Both the position numbers and the translations under genes were made by a program. This document shows, one piece after another, positions 56,259 through 64,000 of a DNA stretch of 64,000 nt (position 1 is the first letter of the stretch; each line of letters opens with the position of its first letter). Source of the stretch: an uncultured Bacillota bacterium (lineage in GTDB: Bacteria; Sysuimicrobiota; Sysuimicrobiia; Sysuimicrobiales; Segetimicrobiaceae); NCBI GenBank assembly GCA_963804645.1, contig CAWDRG010000009.1, forward strand, positions 648,314-712,313, in the 5' to 3' direction. The notes beneath the pieces were generated by a model. It was not told the DNA's origin. It did no database searches and worked only from the letters and a program-made list of their open reading frames with translations.

Positions 56259-57054
56259 ATGATCCAGGAACCACGTGGGCTGCGCACGCCGTGTCCGACT
56301 CGAACCGCACCCCAGAATATTAGCCGCCGTGTGATCTCGGGTGAGAATGCAGTGGCTGGCTTCTTTGGGGGGTGTTCGTCGTGCACCGATTCGAACTACA
56401 GGTTCTGCGGCGCCCAACGCGCAATGACGTCGCGGACCTGGACGATCAGATTGCGGCGTTCAACTGCGACGCAACCAACGCCCCGGGACGACCTGGAACT
56501 CGGCATCTTCGTCCGCGGCGGCGATGGCAGCCTCAATGTCGACGGCGAACCTACTTCGTGAAAATCGCGTTCCCATCAACGACCGTCACGAGCCGCCACC
56601 CCTGGGCGCTGAGTGCATTGAGATTGGATGCTGCGGCTGCGCACCTGGATGCGGCGAAATTTAATTGAGCGTTCACGTTGCTCGCCCGGCCCTGGGTGCG
56701 GAGGCTGCTTGGACACCCGTGATTTGACCCAGGGTGAACACGGTGTATTGAATGGACGTCGCGGCGTACGAGGCCGAGTGAGGCGTTCCGATGAGGAACC
56801 CAGCCCGAAGACGGCAAGAACAAATCCTAACAGTGTGCTCCGCACCAAATCACCCCCGGCCTCTGGACGGCACTCGCTTCGGACGGCTCTGGGCGCCCCT
56901 CGCTCGTGCCGTTTCGTCGGGACGATGTTGTTGAGGCCTTACATTGTGGGCGCAACTCTTAATCGTAATAATTGAGTCCACGCGCAGGGACCGGCTGCAG
57001 ACACCGCAAATAAGCGGTTGAAACGAACACACAATGTGCAAAGAGGTGTGGATC

Positions 57055-57393
57055 ATGCGATTTCTTGTGACCGCGGAATACGTCGAAGTGGGCGCGTTGC
57101 TGCCGCCGGAGGCGATCGGCCCGCTGGCGCAGCACGTTATTCTCCCGAGTCTCGAAATGTTGGCGAAGTGGGAGCAGGACGGCAAGATCCGTGGCGGCGT
57201 GCATGCCGGAGAGCGATCCGGCGCCTTCATTGTCGACGCCGCGTCCAACGAGGAAGTTGGAACGCTCCTCGCGAGCCTGCCATTTTGGGGGCTGGTGAAG
57301 TGGGACGTGACCCCGCTGCAGTCCTGGGCGTCCACCGTCGAGCGAGACCGAGGCGCCTTTCAAAGGGCCGCGTCCGGCGTCCCCAAGCGCTGA
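57055..57393 (+). CDS. muconolactone Delta-isomerase-family (MIase-like) small protein
   Basis: MRFLVTAEYVEVGALLPPEAIGPLAQHVILPSLEMLAKWEQDGKIRGGVHAGERSGAFIVDAASNEEVGTLLASLPFWGLVKWDVTPL aligns with the about 96-aa MIase pattern (MLF.V.M.V..P....., W...G......FDV.S..EL...L..LPL.P). AAGAGGTG RBS. Confidence 0.6.
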   Translation: MRFLVTAEYVEVGALLPPEAIGPLAQHVILPSLEMLAKWEQDGKIRGGVHAGERSGAFIVDAASNEEVGTLLASLPFWGLVKWDVTPLQSWASTVERDRGAFQRAASGVPKR

Positions 57394-57640
57394 CTCGGCT
57401 GTGTGAGATGAGCTCCGACCCCGTGCCGGGGCGCCCGTTGGCCCCCGGCGCGGGGGGCAGCGTGGCCAATAGGCCGGCAGGTCCCCTCGACGAACCCGTT
57501 CGGTTCCGCGGACTTTGAGAATCATGAGATCTTCATAGACTCTTGGCGAGTTCTTCTCCCGGCTGCGGGACCCTCAGAAGTGTCAGAACCTTGCGGCCCG
57601 CGACGGCACGGGCACGCAGGGTAGATCCGAGCCTCTGGGG

Positions 57641-57937
57641 TTGATGGTCGTGCTGCGGGCACTGGCAAACGGTCGGGTGGCTCGGTTCGTGGTCTTGAGT
57701 GCGGCGTTTGTCGCGTTGAGCGGACTTCCGGCGTATGCCCAATCGGGCGGACACTACCGGCACAACCAGAGCAGCGAGTCGTGCCAGGCCGGCCGCTGGC
57801 AGCAGGCCAACACGTGTCGGGGTCAGCCTCAGCAGTATCGGGGGCCCGAGTATCAGGCGCCCGCGCAGCCTCAGCCGGATCGGGGCGGGCCCGCGCAGTC
57901 TCCCGCGCGTATTCCAGACGATGGAAGCAGCAAGTAG
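57641..57937 (+). CDS. small secreted Gln/Pro-rich protein (hypothetical)
   Basis: N-terminal signal peptide ending ...LSGLPAYA/QSGG. Mature part is about 65 aa with two Cys and repeated QPQ/PQP. No homolog recognised. Confidence 0.35.
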   Translation: MMVVLRALANGRVARFVVLSAAFVALSGLPAYAQSGGHYRHNQSSESCQAGRWQQANTCRGQPQQYRGPEYQAPAQPQPDRGGPAQSPARIPDDGSSK

Positions 57938-58844
57938 GCGCGCGAACAGGCCTACGGCTCACGCTGAATGAGACGCGGTTTCGCGGACTCCCTCCCGGGC
58001 CGGGTACCCTGGAGGGAGTCCGTTTCCGTCCGCGCCGCGGCGGCGGGACCGATGCTCGGAGTATCGCCCCAGGAGAACACGAGCTGGTCGGTCCCGGCGA
58101 CGTGATAAATCGTCACGAGACGGCCGCCCACGCAGCGCTCGCCCGCCTTCGTCATCGCGCACTTCTCGCTCGCAGGGCCCAAGAACTTCAGCAGTGCTGC
58201 TGACACTTCCCGTATTGATTCCAGAGCGCCGAATTCGAGAGACACTGCGGCTGCTGTGGAAATGCCGCGGCCACCGCATTGTAAACGGCATAACTGGGCG
58301 GCTCGCGGCGAGGACCCCGAACGAGCGCGTCCCCAAGGGGTCCGCCCGCAAAGCGGCACGAAGAAAGTCATCACGAGCGAGCGCATGTTCATCCACTTCC
58401 GCAGGGTCGCCGCGCCGTGTTCGACGCAGGGTGCCGCCGGCCAGCCCGGCCTTGATTCGCGCCCGGTCCGGCCTTTCGTGCGGGGCGGGTTTGGTCCTTC
58501 ACTCTAAAACGTCGCGCCGCACGCGGCGACGGGCCCGAATGCACCGGCTCCTGGCGCCGACGCCCGCGGCACCGTGTCCCTTCGTGTTTGCTGAGTCGCC
58601 GGACTTGTCGATCGAACTGGCCGCGGGGTCCCGCCAGTCCGAATGGCGGCCGATCACGCGTGGTGGTTCAATCGTCAGGCCGGCAGTTCGAGGGGTTCCA
58701 CGGTGCGGGGCGAAACATGGGGAATCTTGCGGGATTGGAGCGCCGCGCGGCGGCAAGGTGTGCGCCGTTCGTCTCCCCGCCGGCGGAGGGGATCCCGACG
58801 ACGACGATCCCCTCCGGATCGGCTCATTCTATGATGGAGCGTGT

Positions 58845-59423
58845 ATGCCGGAACGTGCGTTCCGCATCTTGGGCATCCCGGGCAGCCTGAGGCGGTTTTC
58901 GTGGAATCGCGGGCTGCTCGTGGCGGCGCGAGAGGGCGCTCCCTCAGGAATCGAAATCCACATCGCCGATCTCTCCCCGATTCCACTGTTCAACGAGGAT
59001 GTGGAGGCCGCCGGGGCGCCGCCGGCGGTCGAGGCGTTTCGGCAGGAGATCCGCGCGGCCGATGCGCTGCTGATCGCGGTGCCGGAATACAACTATTCAA
59101 TGCCGGGCGTGCTCAAGAATGCGATCGACTGGGCGGCCCGGCCTTCGCGAGAGAGTGCGCTGCGCCGTAAACCCGCGGCGCTCATGGGGGCGGGCGGCGC
59201 GAGCGGCACGGTGCGCTCCCAGCTCGCTCTTCGACAGGTGTTCGTGTTTACCGAGACCTACGTGCTGCCGAAACCGGAGCTGTACGTGCGGAACGCCGCC
59301 GCCAGTTTCGACGCCGAGGGCCGGTTGACCGACGCCCACGTGCGCGACCAACTGCCGCCGCTGCTGGCCGCGCTCGTCAAGTGGACGCGGGCGGTCGCCC
59401 ACATGAGCGACGACGCGCGCTGA
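58845..59423 (+). CDS. NADPH-dependent FMN reductase (FMN_red family, SsuE/ArsH/YieF-like)
   Basis: MPERAFRILGIPGSLRRFSWNRGLL...LLIAVPEYNYSMPGVLKNAIDW matches the flavodoxin-like FMN_red N-terminus and PEYN motif. GGAG sits 5 nt upstream. The track ORF (58194..59423) carries a long non-coding-looking leader. Confidence 0.8.
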   Translation: MPERAFRILGIPGSLRRFSWNRGLLVAAREGAPSGIEIHIADLSPIPLFNEDVEAAGAPPAVEAFRQEIRAADALLIAVPEYNYSMPGVLKNAIDWAARPSRESALRRKPAALMGAGGASGTVRSQLALRQVFVFTETYVLPKPELYVRNAAASFDAEGRLTDAHVRDQLPPLLAALVKWTRAVAHMSDDAR

Positions 59424-59433
59424 CCCTGTAGGA

Positions 59434-59461
59434 GCGCCGCGGTCCCGCCGTGGCGCGGCGC
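59434..59461. terminator. bidirectional stem-loop between convergent genes
   Basis: GCGCCGCG-(11 nt)-CGCGGCGC lies between the FMN reductase stop (59423) and the cupin stop (59489). Confidence 0.45.
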
Positions 59462-59488
59462 CGCGGAGATACGGCGAGCGGCGTCGCG

Positions 59489-59953
59489 CTATCCCGGCGG
59501 CGGGGCGGGTGTCAGCCCGTGACGGCGCATGATCTCGACCATCTTTGCCCGATCGGGCGGACCCCCGGCCGCGGAGACCATCACCGCCGTCATCTCGCGA
59601 AAGTACTCGGGGCCGAGCACGCCGGGACTGATCACGCAGAGCTGCTTGACGTCCTCGGAGCCGCGATTGTCGAATCGATGGACCGCGCCGCGGGGGATGC
59701 ACAGCGACTGTCCCGGCGCGACGTCAAACGGTGCGCCGTCGACCGTCCAGGTCAAGACGCCGGTGAGGCCATAGACCGTTTCTTCGTACCGGTCATGACT
59801 GTGCGCCGGCGCGGTCAACCGCTCTCCCGCCGGAACGGTCAATTCGAAGAGCGCCGCGCTGCCGTTTGAGTCGGCGCCGGTGACCAAGAAGCGAATCCCC
59901 AACGGGCCGGCCTGGATCATTTCATCCGAGGCATTCACCCGGAGCGATGTCAT
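59489..59953 (-). CDS. cupin-domain protein
   Basis: MTSLRVNASDEMIQAGPLGIRFLVTG...ERLTAPAHSHDRYEETVYGLTGVLTWTVDGAPFDVAPGQSLCIPRGAVHRFDN is a two-motif cupin. Trimmed from the track start at 60061. Confidence 0.7.
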   Translation of the reverse strand: MTSLRVNASDEMIQAGPLGIRFLVTGADSNGSAALFELTVPAGERLTAPAHSHDRYEETVYGLTGVLTWTVDGAPFDVAPGQSLCIPRGAVHRFDNRGSEDVKQLCVISPGVLGPEYFREMTAVMVSAAGGPPDRAKMVEIMRRHGLTPAPPPG

Positions 59954-60120
59954 GCGAGCCCCCTTCTCGGCGCGGCCGCGGAGTCTCTCTGTAGCGCGGG
60001 GTGGAGATTCATCGGCACCGAATCGCGATCCTCCGACGCCGGGCGGCGGTCCGTCCGCCATGCCCGGCGTCGGCGAGCCCGGCTGCTCAACTCAAACCTG
60101 CCCTACTGCTCAGCATTTTC

Positions 60121-60149
60121 TTGACGCGTTCGACCCACCCGCGTATAGT
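60121..60149 (+). promoter_or_regulatory. sigma-70-type promoter driving the B12 riboswitch / btuB-like operon
   Basis: TTGACG (-35) at 60121-60126, 17-nt spacer, TATAGT (-10) at 60144-60149. Sits about 15 nt upstream of the riboswitch 5' end. Confidence 0.45.
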
Positions 60150-60159
60150 CAAAATCAAA

Positions 60160-60370
60160 CTTCATACCGTGCTGGGTGGGTGCCCCCGGTTCGCCGGGGG
60201 TAAAAGGGAAGTCCGGTGCGCGGTCCGCGGGTACGACGCCCGCGGGTGCCGCAACGCCGGCGCGGTCCCGCCACTGTAACGGGGAGCTGTTCCGCAGCGC
60301 CACTGGTCATCTGGGAAGGCGCGGAGCGGCGATGATCCGGAGCCAGGAAACCTGCCCGTCCAGCTGCGTA
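60160..60370 (+). promoter_or_regulatory. cobalamin (adenosylcobalamin/B12) riboswitch
   Basis: Contains the conserved B12 element cores ...GGTGCC..., AAAAGGGAAGTCCGGTG, GCCACTG-GTAA-CGGG and the kissing-loop/3' box AGCCAGGAAACCTGCC, in canonical order. Lies directly upstream of a TonB-dependent receptor. Confidence 0.85.
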
Positions 60371-60488
60371 CGGCGACCTTCGGCCGAAAGGTAAGTACGC
60401 CCGCGGCGCACCGCCGCTTTTGGTCCCCGTGCCTCGATCGTTGGGGCCATTTTATTTTGGGGCGCGTGCCGCGAACGGGGGGATTGGG

Positions 60489-62330
60489 ATGCGGTACCGC
60501 AGTGCACGTGTCTCCGTGTGCGTGTGCGCGTTCGTGGTCTGCCTCAACGGTGTCGCGGCCACCTCCGCTCGCGCGCAGGAGGCGCCGCCCGGTCCTCCGA
60601 CGTTCGAACTCCCGGAGATCGACGTCGCGGGGCAGCGCCCGCAACTGCCGTCGACGACACCGGCGGCCGTCAGCGTCATTACCTCGGACGAGATCGCCTC
60701 GATGGGAGCGCTGACCGTCGGCGACGTACTGCGCGTGCTGCCCGAACTGACAATCAAGTCGAGTGGGGGGCCGGGCTCGCTGACCACCGTGAGCATTCGG
60801 GGATCGTCGTCGACGCAGGTGCTGATTCTCATCGACGGCGTCCCGATCAATCGTCCGGATCAGCCGTCGGTGGACCTCAGCTCGCTTCCCATCCAAGACG
60901 TGGACCACGTCGAGGTGCTGCGCGGCCCGTTCTCGGGGCAGTATGGCAGCAACACGCTGGGCGGCGTGATCAATATCGTGACCAAATCGGCCCCGGAGAC
61001 CACGGCCTCGGCGCGCGGCGGTTCCTACGGCGCGAACGCCGGCATCCTGTCGTACGGTGGGAAGACCGGCAACCTGACGTACCTTCTGCAGGGGATCTCG
61101 AACGGCGACTCGGGGTTCACCACCGACACCGGCTACAACAAGACCACCGAGACGGCAAAGCTCCAATTGGCCACGAGCGCCACTTCCGGGTGGACGCTTT
61201 CGGTCAACCAGTATTCCGGCATGGTGGGCACCCCCGGGCCGCTGCCGGTCGCGACGCAGGACCCGCTGGCGAACACGGTGGAGTCGCGGACGCTCGCGGA
61301 TCTGACGTGGCAGAGCGGGCAGCCCGACGGGCCGGGAACGATGTTTCGCCTCTACAGCCTCGACGACGGGGTGGGGTTCAACTCGCCGGGGATCGCGTAC
61401 CAATCGTTCGACGAGGCCGATCTGTGGGGGGCGCAGGCGCAGGCGGTGCTGGCGGCGGGCCACAACAACCTGGTCACGCTCGGTGCGCAGTTCCAGGGAC
61501 AGAGCGTCGCGCACACCGACAACGCTCCCACGGAGTTCAACGACGTCGGCAACGACCTCGGTCTGTACATCGAGGACAACTGGCAGATCGGATCGGCGGC
61601 GTTGATCACGGTCGGCCTGCGGGACGACATCTTTCAGCTGTACGGCACGCAGGCGGATCCCTGGGGCGGCGTGGTCATCCTTCTCAGCGACCGGGCGTCG
61701 CTGCGATTCGCGGCCGGCCGGTCGTTTCGGGCGCCGAGCTTCGATGAGGTGGCGCCCGCGTTCAATGGAAACCCCAATCTCCAGCCCGAGATCGCGTGGC
61801 AGTACGAGATGGGCTTCGATTATACGCTCTCGCCCAATCTGGCCGTACACCTCAGCGGGTATTACACGAACGCGGTCAACTTGATCACGTCCGTGCCGCC
61901 CCTGTTTGTCCCCCAGAACGTCGGTCATGCGATCGTGACCGGCGGATCGATCGAGGTCGTGGGCCGGGTCACCGACCGCCTGTTCTTGCGCGCGAACTAC
62001 ACGGATCAGATCGCGACCGACGAGTCCACCGGGCTCAACGTGATCTACGTGCCGAAGCAGATGGCGAACTTCGAGGTGATCTACAGCCTGTCCCAGGCGA
62101 CCCGCGTCGACGTCACGGTGAGCTACGTGGGGGACCAGTTCAACGACCCGGCAAACACGCAGCTGGTGCCCGGGTATTGGCTGACGTCGCTGACGGTCAA
62201 TCAGGCACTCGCCGCTGGCTGGGGGCTGCAGGTCGGGATCGCCAACGTGTTCGATGTGCCGTATCAGGCGACGCTGAACTATCCCGAGCCCGGCAGGACC
62301 TTCTTCGCCACGGTGACAAAGAGTTTCTAA
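60489..62330 (+). CDS. TonB-dependent outer-membrane receptor (BtuB-like, cobalamin/corrinoid uptake inferred from riboswitch)
   Basis: Signal peptide (MRYRSARVSVCVCAFVVCLNGVAATSARA), TonB-box region (DEIASMGALTVGD), plug domain (SIRGSSSTQVLILIDGVPIN), 22-strand barrel, C-terminal ...TFFATVTKSF with terminal Phe. Confidence 0.85.
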   Translation: MRYRSARVSVCVCAFVVCLNGVAATSARAQEAPPGPPTFELPEIDVAGQRPQLPSTTPAAVSVITSDEIASMGALTVGDVLRVLPELTIKSSGGPGSLTTVSIRGSSSTQVLILIDGVPINRPDQPSVDLSSLPIQDVDHVEVLRGPFSGQYGSNTLGGVINIVTKSAPETTASARGGSYGANAGILSYGGKTGNLTYLLQGISNGDSGFTTDTGYNKTTETAKLQLATSATSGWTLSVNQYSGMVGTPGPLPVATQDPLANTVESRTLADLTWQSGQPDGPGTMFRLYSLDDGVGFNSPGIAYQSFDEADLWGAQAQAVLAAGHNNLVTLGAQFQGQSVAHTDNAPTEFNDVGNDLGLYIEDNWQIGSAALITVGLRDDIFQLYGTQADPWGGVVILLSDRASLRFAAGRSFRAPSFDEVAPAFNGNPNLQPEIAWQYEMGFDYTLSPNLAVHLSGYYTNAVNLITSVPPLFVPQNVGHAIVTGGSIEVVGRVTDRLFLRANYTDQIATDESTGLNVIYVPKQMANFEVIYSLSQATRVDVTVSYVGDQFNDPANTQLVPGYWLTSLTVNQALAAGWGLQVGIANVFDVPYQATLNYPEPGRTFFATVTKSF

Positions 62331-62349
62331 CGGCGATTCGGAGCGGAGC

Positions 62350-63228
62350 GTGGCGGTGCGCGTAGTTCGGCTGCTCGTGATAGGATTGGCCGCTGCGGTG
62401 GCCCTCGGCGGCGCCGCGATGCTGTGGCGCCATCAGGCGGCTCCGGTCCCGCCGTCAGGGACACGCGTGCCCGCCGGCCTGTCCGGTCCGACCGCGCAGC
62501 AGGAGGGCGATGTGCTTTCCCAAGGGGCGCCGTCCGCCTCGCTTCCGGCGCCGCGGGTGCCGCGAGCCGCACCGCGCCCGGTCGTTCCCTCAACCGAGAC
62601 GCCCGGCCCCGTTCCCCGGCCGCCGCGCGATGCGGCCGTGCCGCCCGACAGGGCGCGACTCGGCCAGGCTGCCCCGCCGCCGGCGGCATCCCCACGCGAC
62701 CGCGCGTCGCGTCCGGAGAGATCATCCGGCAGGTCGTCACCGGATGAGTCGGCCGCGTCGCAGGGATCGGCCGCGGCCGGGTCACCGCAGGCGCCCGCAG
62801 CGCCGCAGGGAGCCGCGGATGCCGCGGGCGGTGGAGCAGGCGGGACGACCGGGTCCGCGATCTCCGGCTCTGGTCCGCCGCTGGCCGCCGCGGCTCCGGC
62901 GCCCGTCCCTCCGGTCATCAGCCCGCCGCGCGTGCTGTCCACCGGGACCATGGAATATCCAGGAGATGCGCTTCAACTGACCCTCAAGCGTCAGGATCTG
63001 GGCGCCTCGCTCACGATCGTGGCGCCGGACGGTGTGGTGCGGCTTCGCGCGCTGGTGCTGGCCGACGGCAGCGTGCGCAGCGTGGACGTGGTCGGGACGT
63101 CCGGCTCGAACACGCTGGACCGCTCGGCCGCGGACGCTGTGCGGCACTGGCAGTTTGCTCCGGCGACGCGGGATGGGACGCCGATCGACGCGTACGTGAC
63201 GCTGAGGATTCGCTACGTGGTTCGCTGA
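62350..63228 (+). CDS. TonB-family energy-transducer protein
   Basis: N-terminal TM anchor (VVRLLVIGLAAAVALGGAAML), a long Pro/Ala-rich periplasmic linker, and a C-terminal TonB domain (...GSVRSVDVVGTSGSNTLDRSAADAVRHWQFAPATRDGTPIDAYVTLRIRYV). Confidence 0.75.
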   Translation: MAVRVVRLLVIGLAAAVALGGAAMLWRHQAAPVPPSGTRVPAGLSGPTAQQEGDVLSQGAPSASLPAPRVPRAAPRPVVPSTETPGPVPRPPRDAAVPPDRARLGQAAPPPAASPRDRASRPERSSGRSSPDESAASQGSAAAGSPQAPAAPQGAADAAGGGAGGTTGSAISGSGPPLAAAAPAPVPPVISPPRVLSTGTMEYPGDALQLTLKRQDLGASLTIVAPDGVVRLRALVLADGSVRSVDVVGTSGSNTLDRSAADAVRHWQFAPATRDGTPIDAYVTLRIRYVVR

Positions 63229-63857
63229 GCGGTTGCGGTCAGGGGACGGGCGAGGCGGGCGGCGGCGTCGTAGACGCCGAAAAATGCGAGCGAGTAGATG
63301 AGATCGCTCGCCACGGTGTTGCGGAAGAACGGGATCCCCGCGAGGTAGGACGCCCAGAGCCCGTTCAGGCCGTGCGGATACAGCGGTCCGAGCCACTCTC
63401 CGAAGTTCGTGACCAGGAAGAACAAGACCGACGCGGCGAGCGACGTGGCGATGATCCGAACCGGCGTCCGGCCGCGCCGCAGCGTGAGCCCCAGCAGCCC
63501 GATCAGAACGAAGCTGCCGTAGACCCACACGAACCCGGGATAAAAGCCGAGGACCGCGTCGGACAGGGCAAGCGCGGCGAGCGGCACGACGAGTCCCATC
63601 CCCCGCGGCAGCACCGCCCCGCCGAACAGAGCCATGGCGCCGATCGGCGCGAAGTTCCACGGGTGCGGCACGACGCGCAGCACGGCCCCGATCCCGATCA
63701 GCGCGTACGGGATCGCGTCGAACCAGCCAGCGTCGTGGGCCCGGGGGCGTTCGCTCCTCACAACCGCGACCGTTCTCCGGGAGACGCGGAGATCCCTTGT
63801 GGGGATGGGCCCACGGGCCGTGCTCGGCGGGGCAGGAAGGCGCCGCGTTCGGGACAA
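63213..63857 (-). CDS. polytopic membrane protein (hypothetical; possible small-solute/vitamin transporter component)
   Basis: Five or six TM helices (PHPWNFAPIGAMALFGGAVL, LIGLLGLTL, IIATSLAASVLFFLVTNF, IYSLAFFGVY). The N-terminal 50 aa of the track ORF are Arg/Pro-rich and probably not translated. Convergent with tonB. Confidence 0.45.
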   Translation of the reverse strand: MSRTRRLPAPPSTARGPIPTRDLRVSRRTVAVVRSERPRAHDAGWFDAIPYALIGIGAVLRVVPHPWNFAPIGAMALFGGAVLPRGMGLVVPLAALALSDAVLGFYPGFVWVYGSFVLIGLLGLTLRRGRTPVRIIATSLAASVLFFLVTNFGEWLGPLYPHGLNGLWASYLAGIPFFRNTVASDLIYSLAFFGVYDAAARLARPLTATAQRTT

Positions 63858-63868
63858 ACTCGTACCGC

Positions 63869-64000
63869 GTGCCGTTTATCTGCGTGGTCACGGATCACGA
63901 CTATCTGACGTTCGAGCCCGAGGAGCGCGTACTGCGCCCCGTCGGCGTCGAGCTCGTGGTGGCGGGCCGAGAGCGCGCCGCGCTGCGCAAGGCGTTTGCC
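63869..64000 (+). CDS. partial CDS (N-terminus only), possibly a 2-hydroxyacid-dehydrogenase-like enzyme
   Basis: GTG start. VPFICVVTDHDYLTFEPEERVLRPVGVELVVAGRERAALRKAFA resembles the N-terminal substrate-binding domain of D-isomer-specific 2-hydroxyacid dehydrogenases. Only 44 codons lie in the window. Confidence 0.3.
   Translation, partial: MPFICVVTDHDYLTFEPEERVLRPVGVELVVAGRERAALRKAFA

Noticed and set aside
57952-58396. Two overlapping minus-strand ORFs (145-146 aa) between the small secreted protein gene and the FMN reductase
   Set aside because: No RBS, no domain similarity, Arg/Ser-rich low complexity. They lie within the over-extended leader of the plus-strand track ORF 58194..59423. 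They were left unannotated.

Overview
A 64-kb, roughly 70% GC window from a diderm bacterium (TonB-dependent receptor, TonB and AsmA are present; GGAGG-type ribosome-binding sites). Most of it is a densely packed accessory metabolic neighbourhood. ORF limits come from the supplied six-frame track and were refined by eye, so starts may be off by a few codons. Track ORFs opening with GTG or TTG are shown as M.

Gene content, left to right:
- two PanE-type ketopantoate reductases flanking an orphan dppBC permease pair;
- an acyl-CoA dehydrogenase plus a family-III CoA-transferase;
- a divergent FabH / MaoC-FabG unit;
- MFS and EmrAB-type exporters with a MerR regulator;
- an amide/peptide catabolic set with paralogous pairs (2x M20D amidohydrolase, 2x amidase-signature enzyme);
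- tandem DinB_2 proteins, an arginase-family enzyme, an alanine-racemase-fold dehydratase-like enzyme, a nitroreductase, a tandem HD-GYP protein and an HMGL-like synthase;
- Ku, Kup, two family-5 substrate-binding proteins and a LysE exporter;
- a cobalamin riboswitch controlling a btuB-like TonB-dependent receptor with its own TonB.

The most unusual structure is a tRNA-Ser(CGA) integration hotspot at 47.4-56.3 kb. One intact tRNA-Ser is followed by three direct repeats of its 3' portion (28-55 bp). These split the region into three successive islands. Island 1 is AT-rich with a GRAM/PH-like gene. Island 2 has a DUF900-like serine hydrolase. Island 3 is a roughly 6-kb gene graveyard of five consecutive disrupted genes. 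No integrase survives. A conserved 150-bp repeat sits next to two of the tRNA fragments.

Other oddities: a 52-aa arginine-rich heptad-repeat ORF, a +1 frameshift in one amidase with a translationally coupled GatC-like mini-ORF, a frameshifted holin-like gene, and a probable frameshift at the emrB N-terminus.

No CRISPR array, rRNA gene or intact transposase/integrase was seen.
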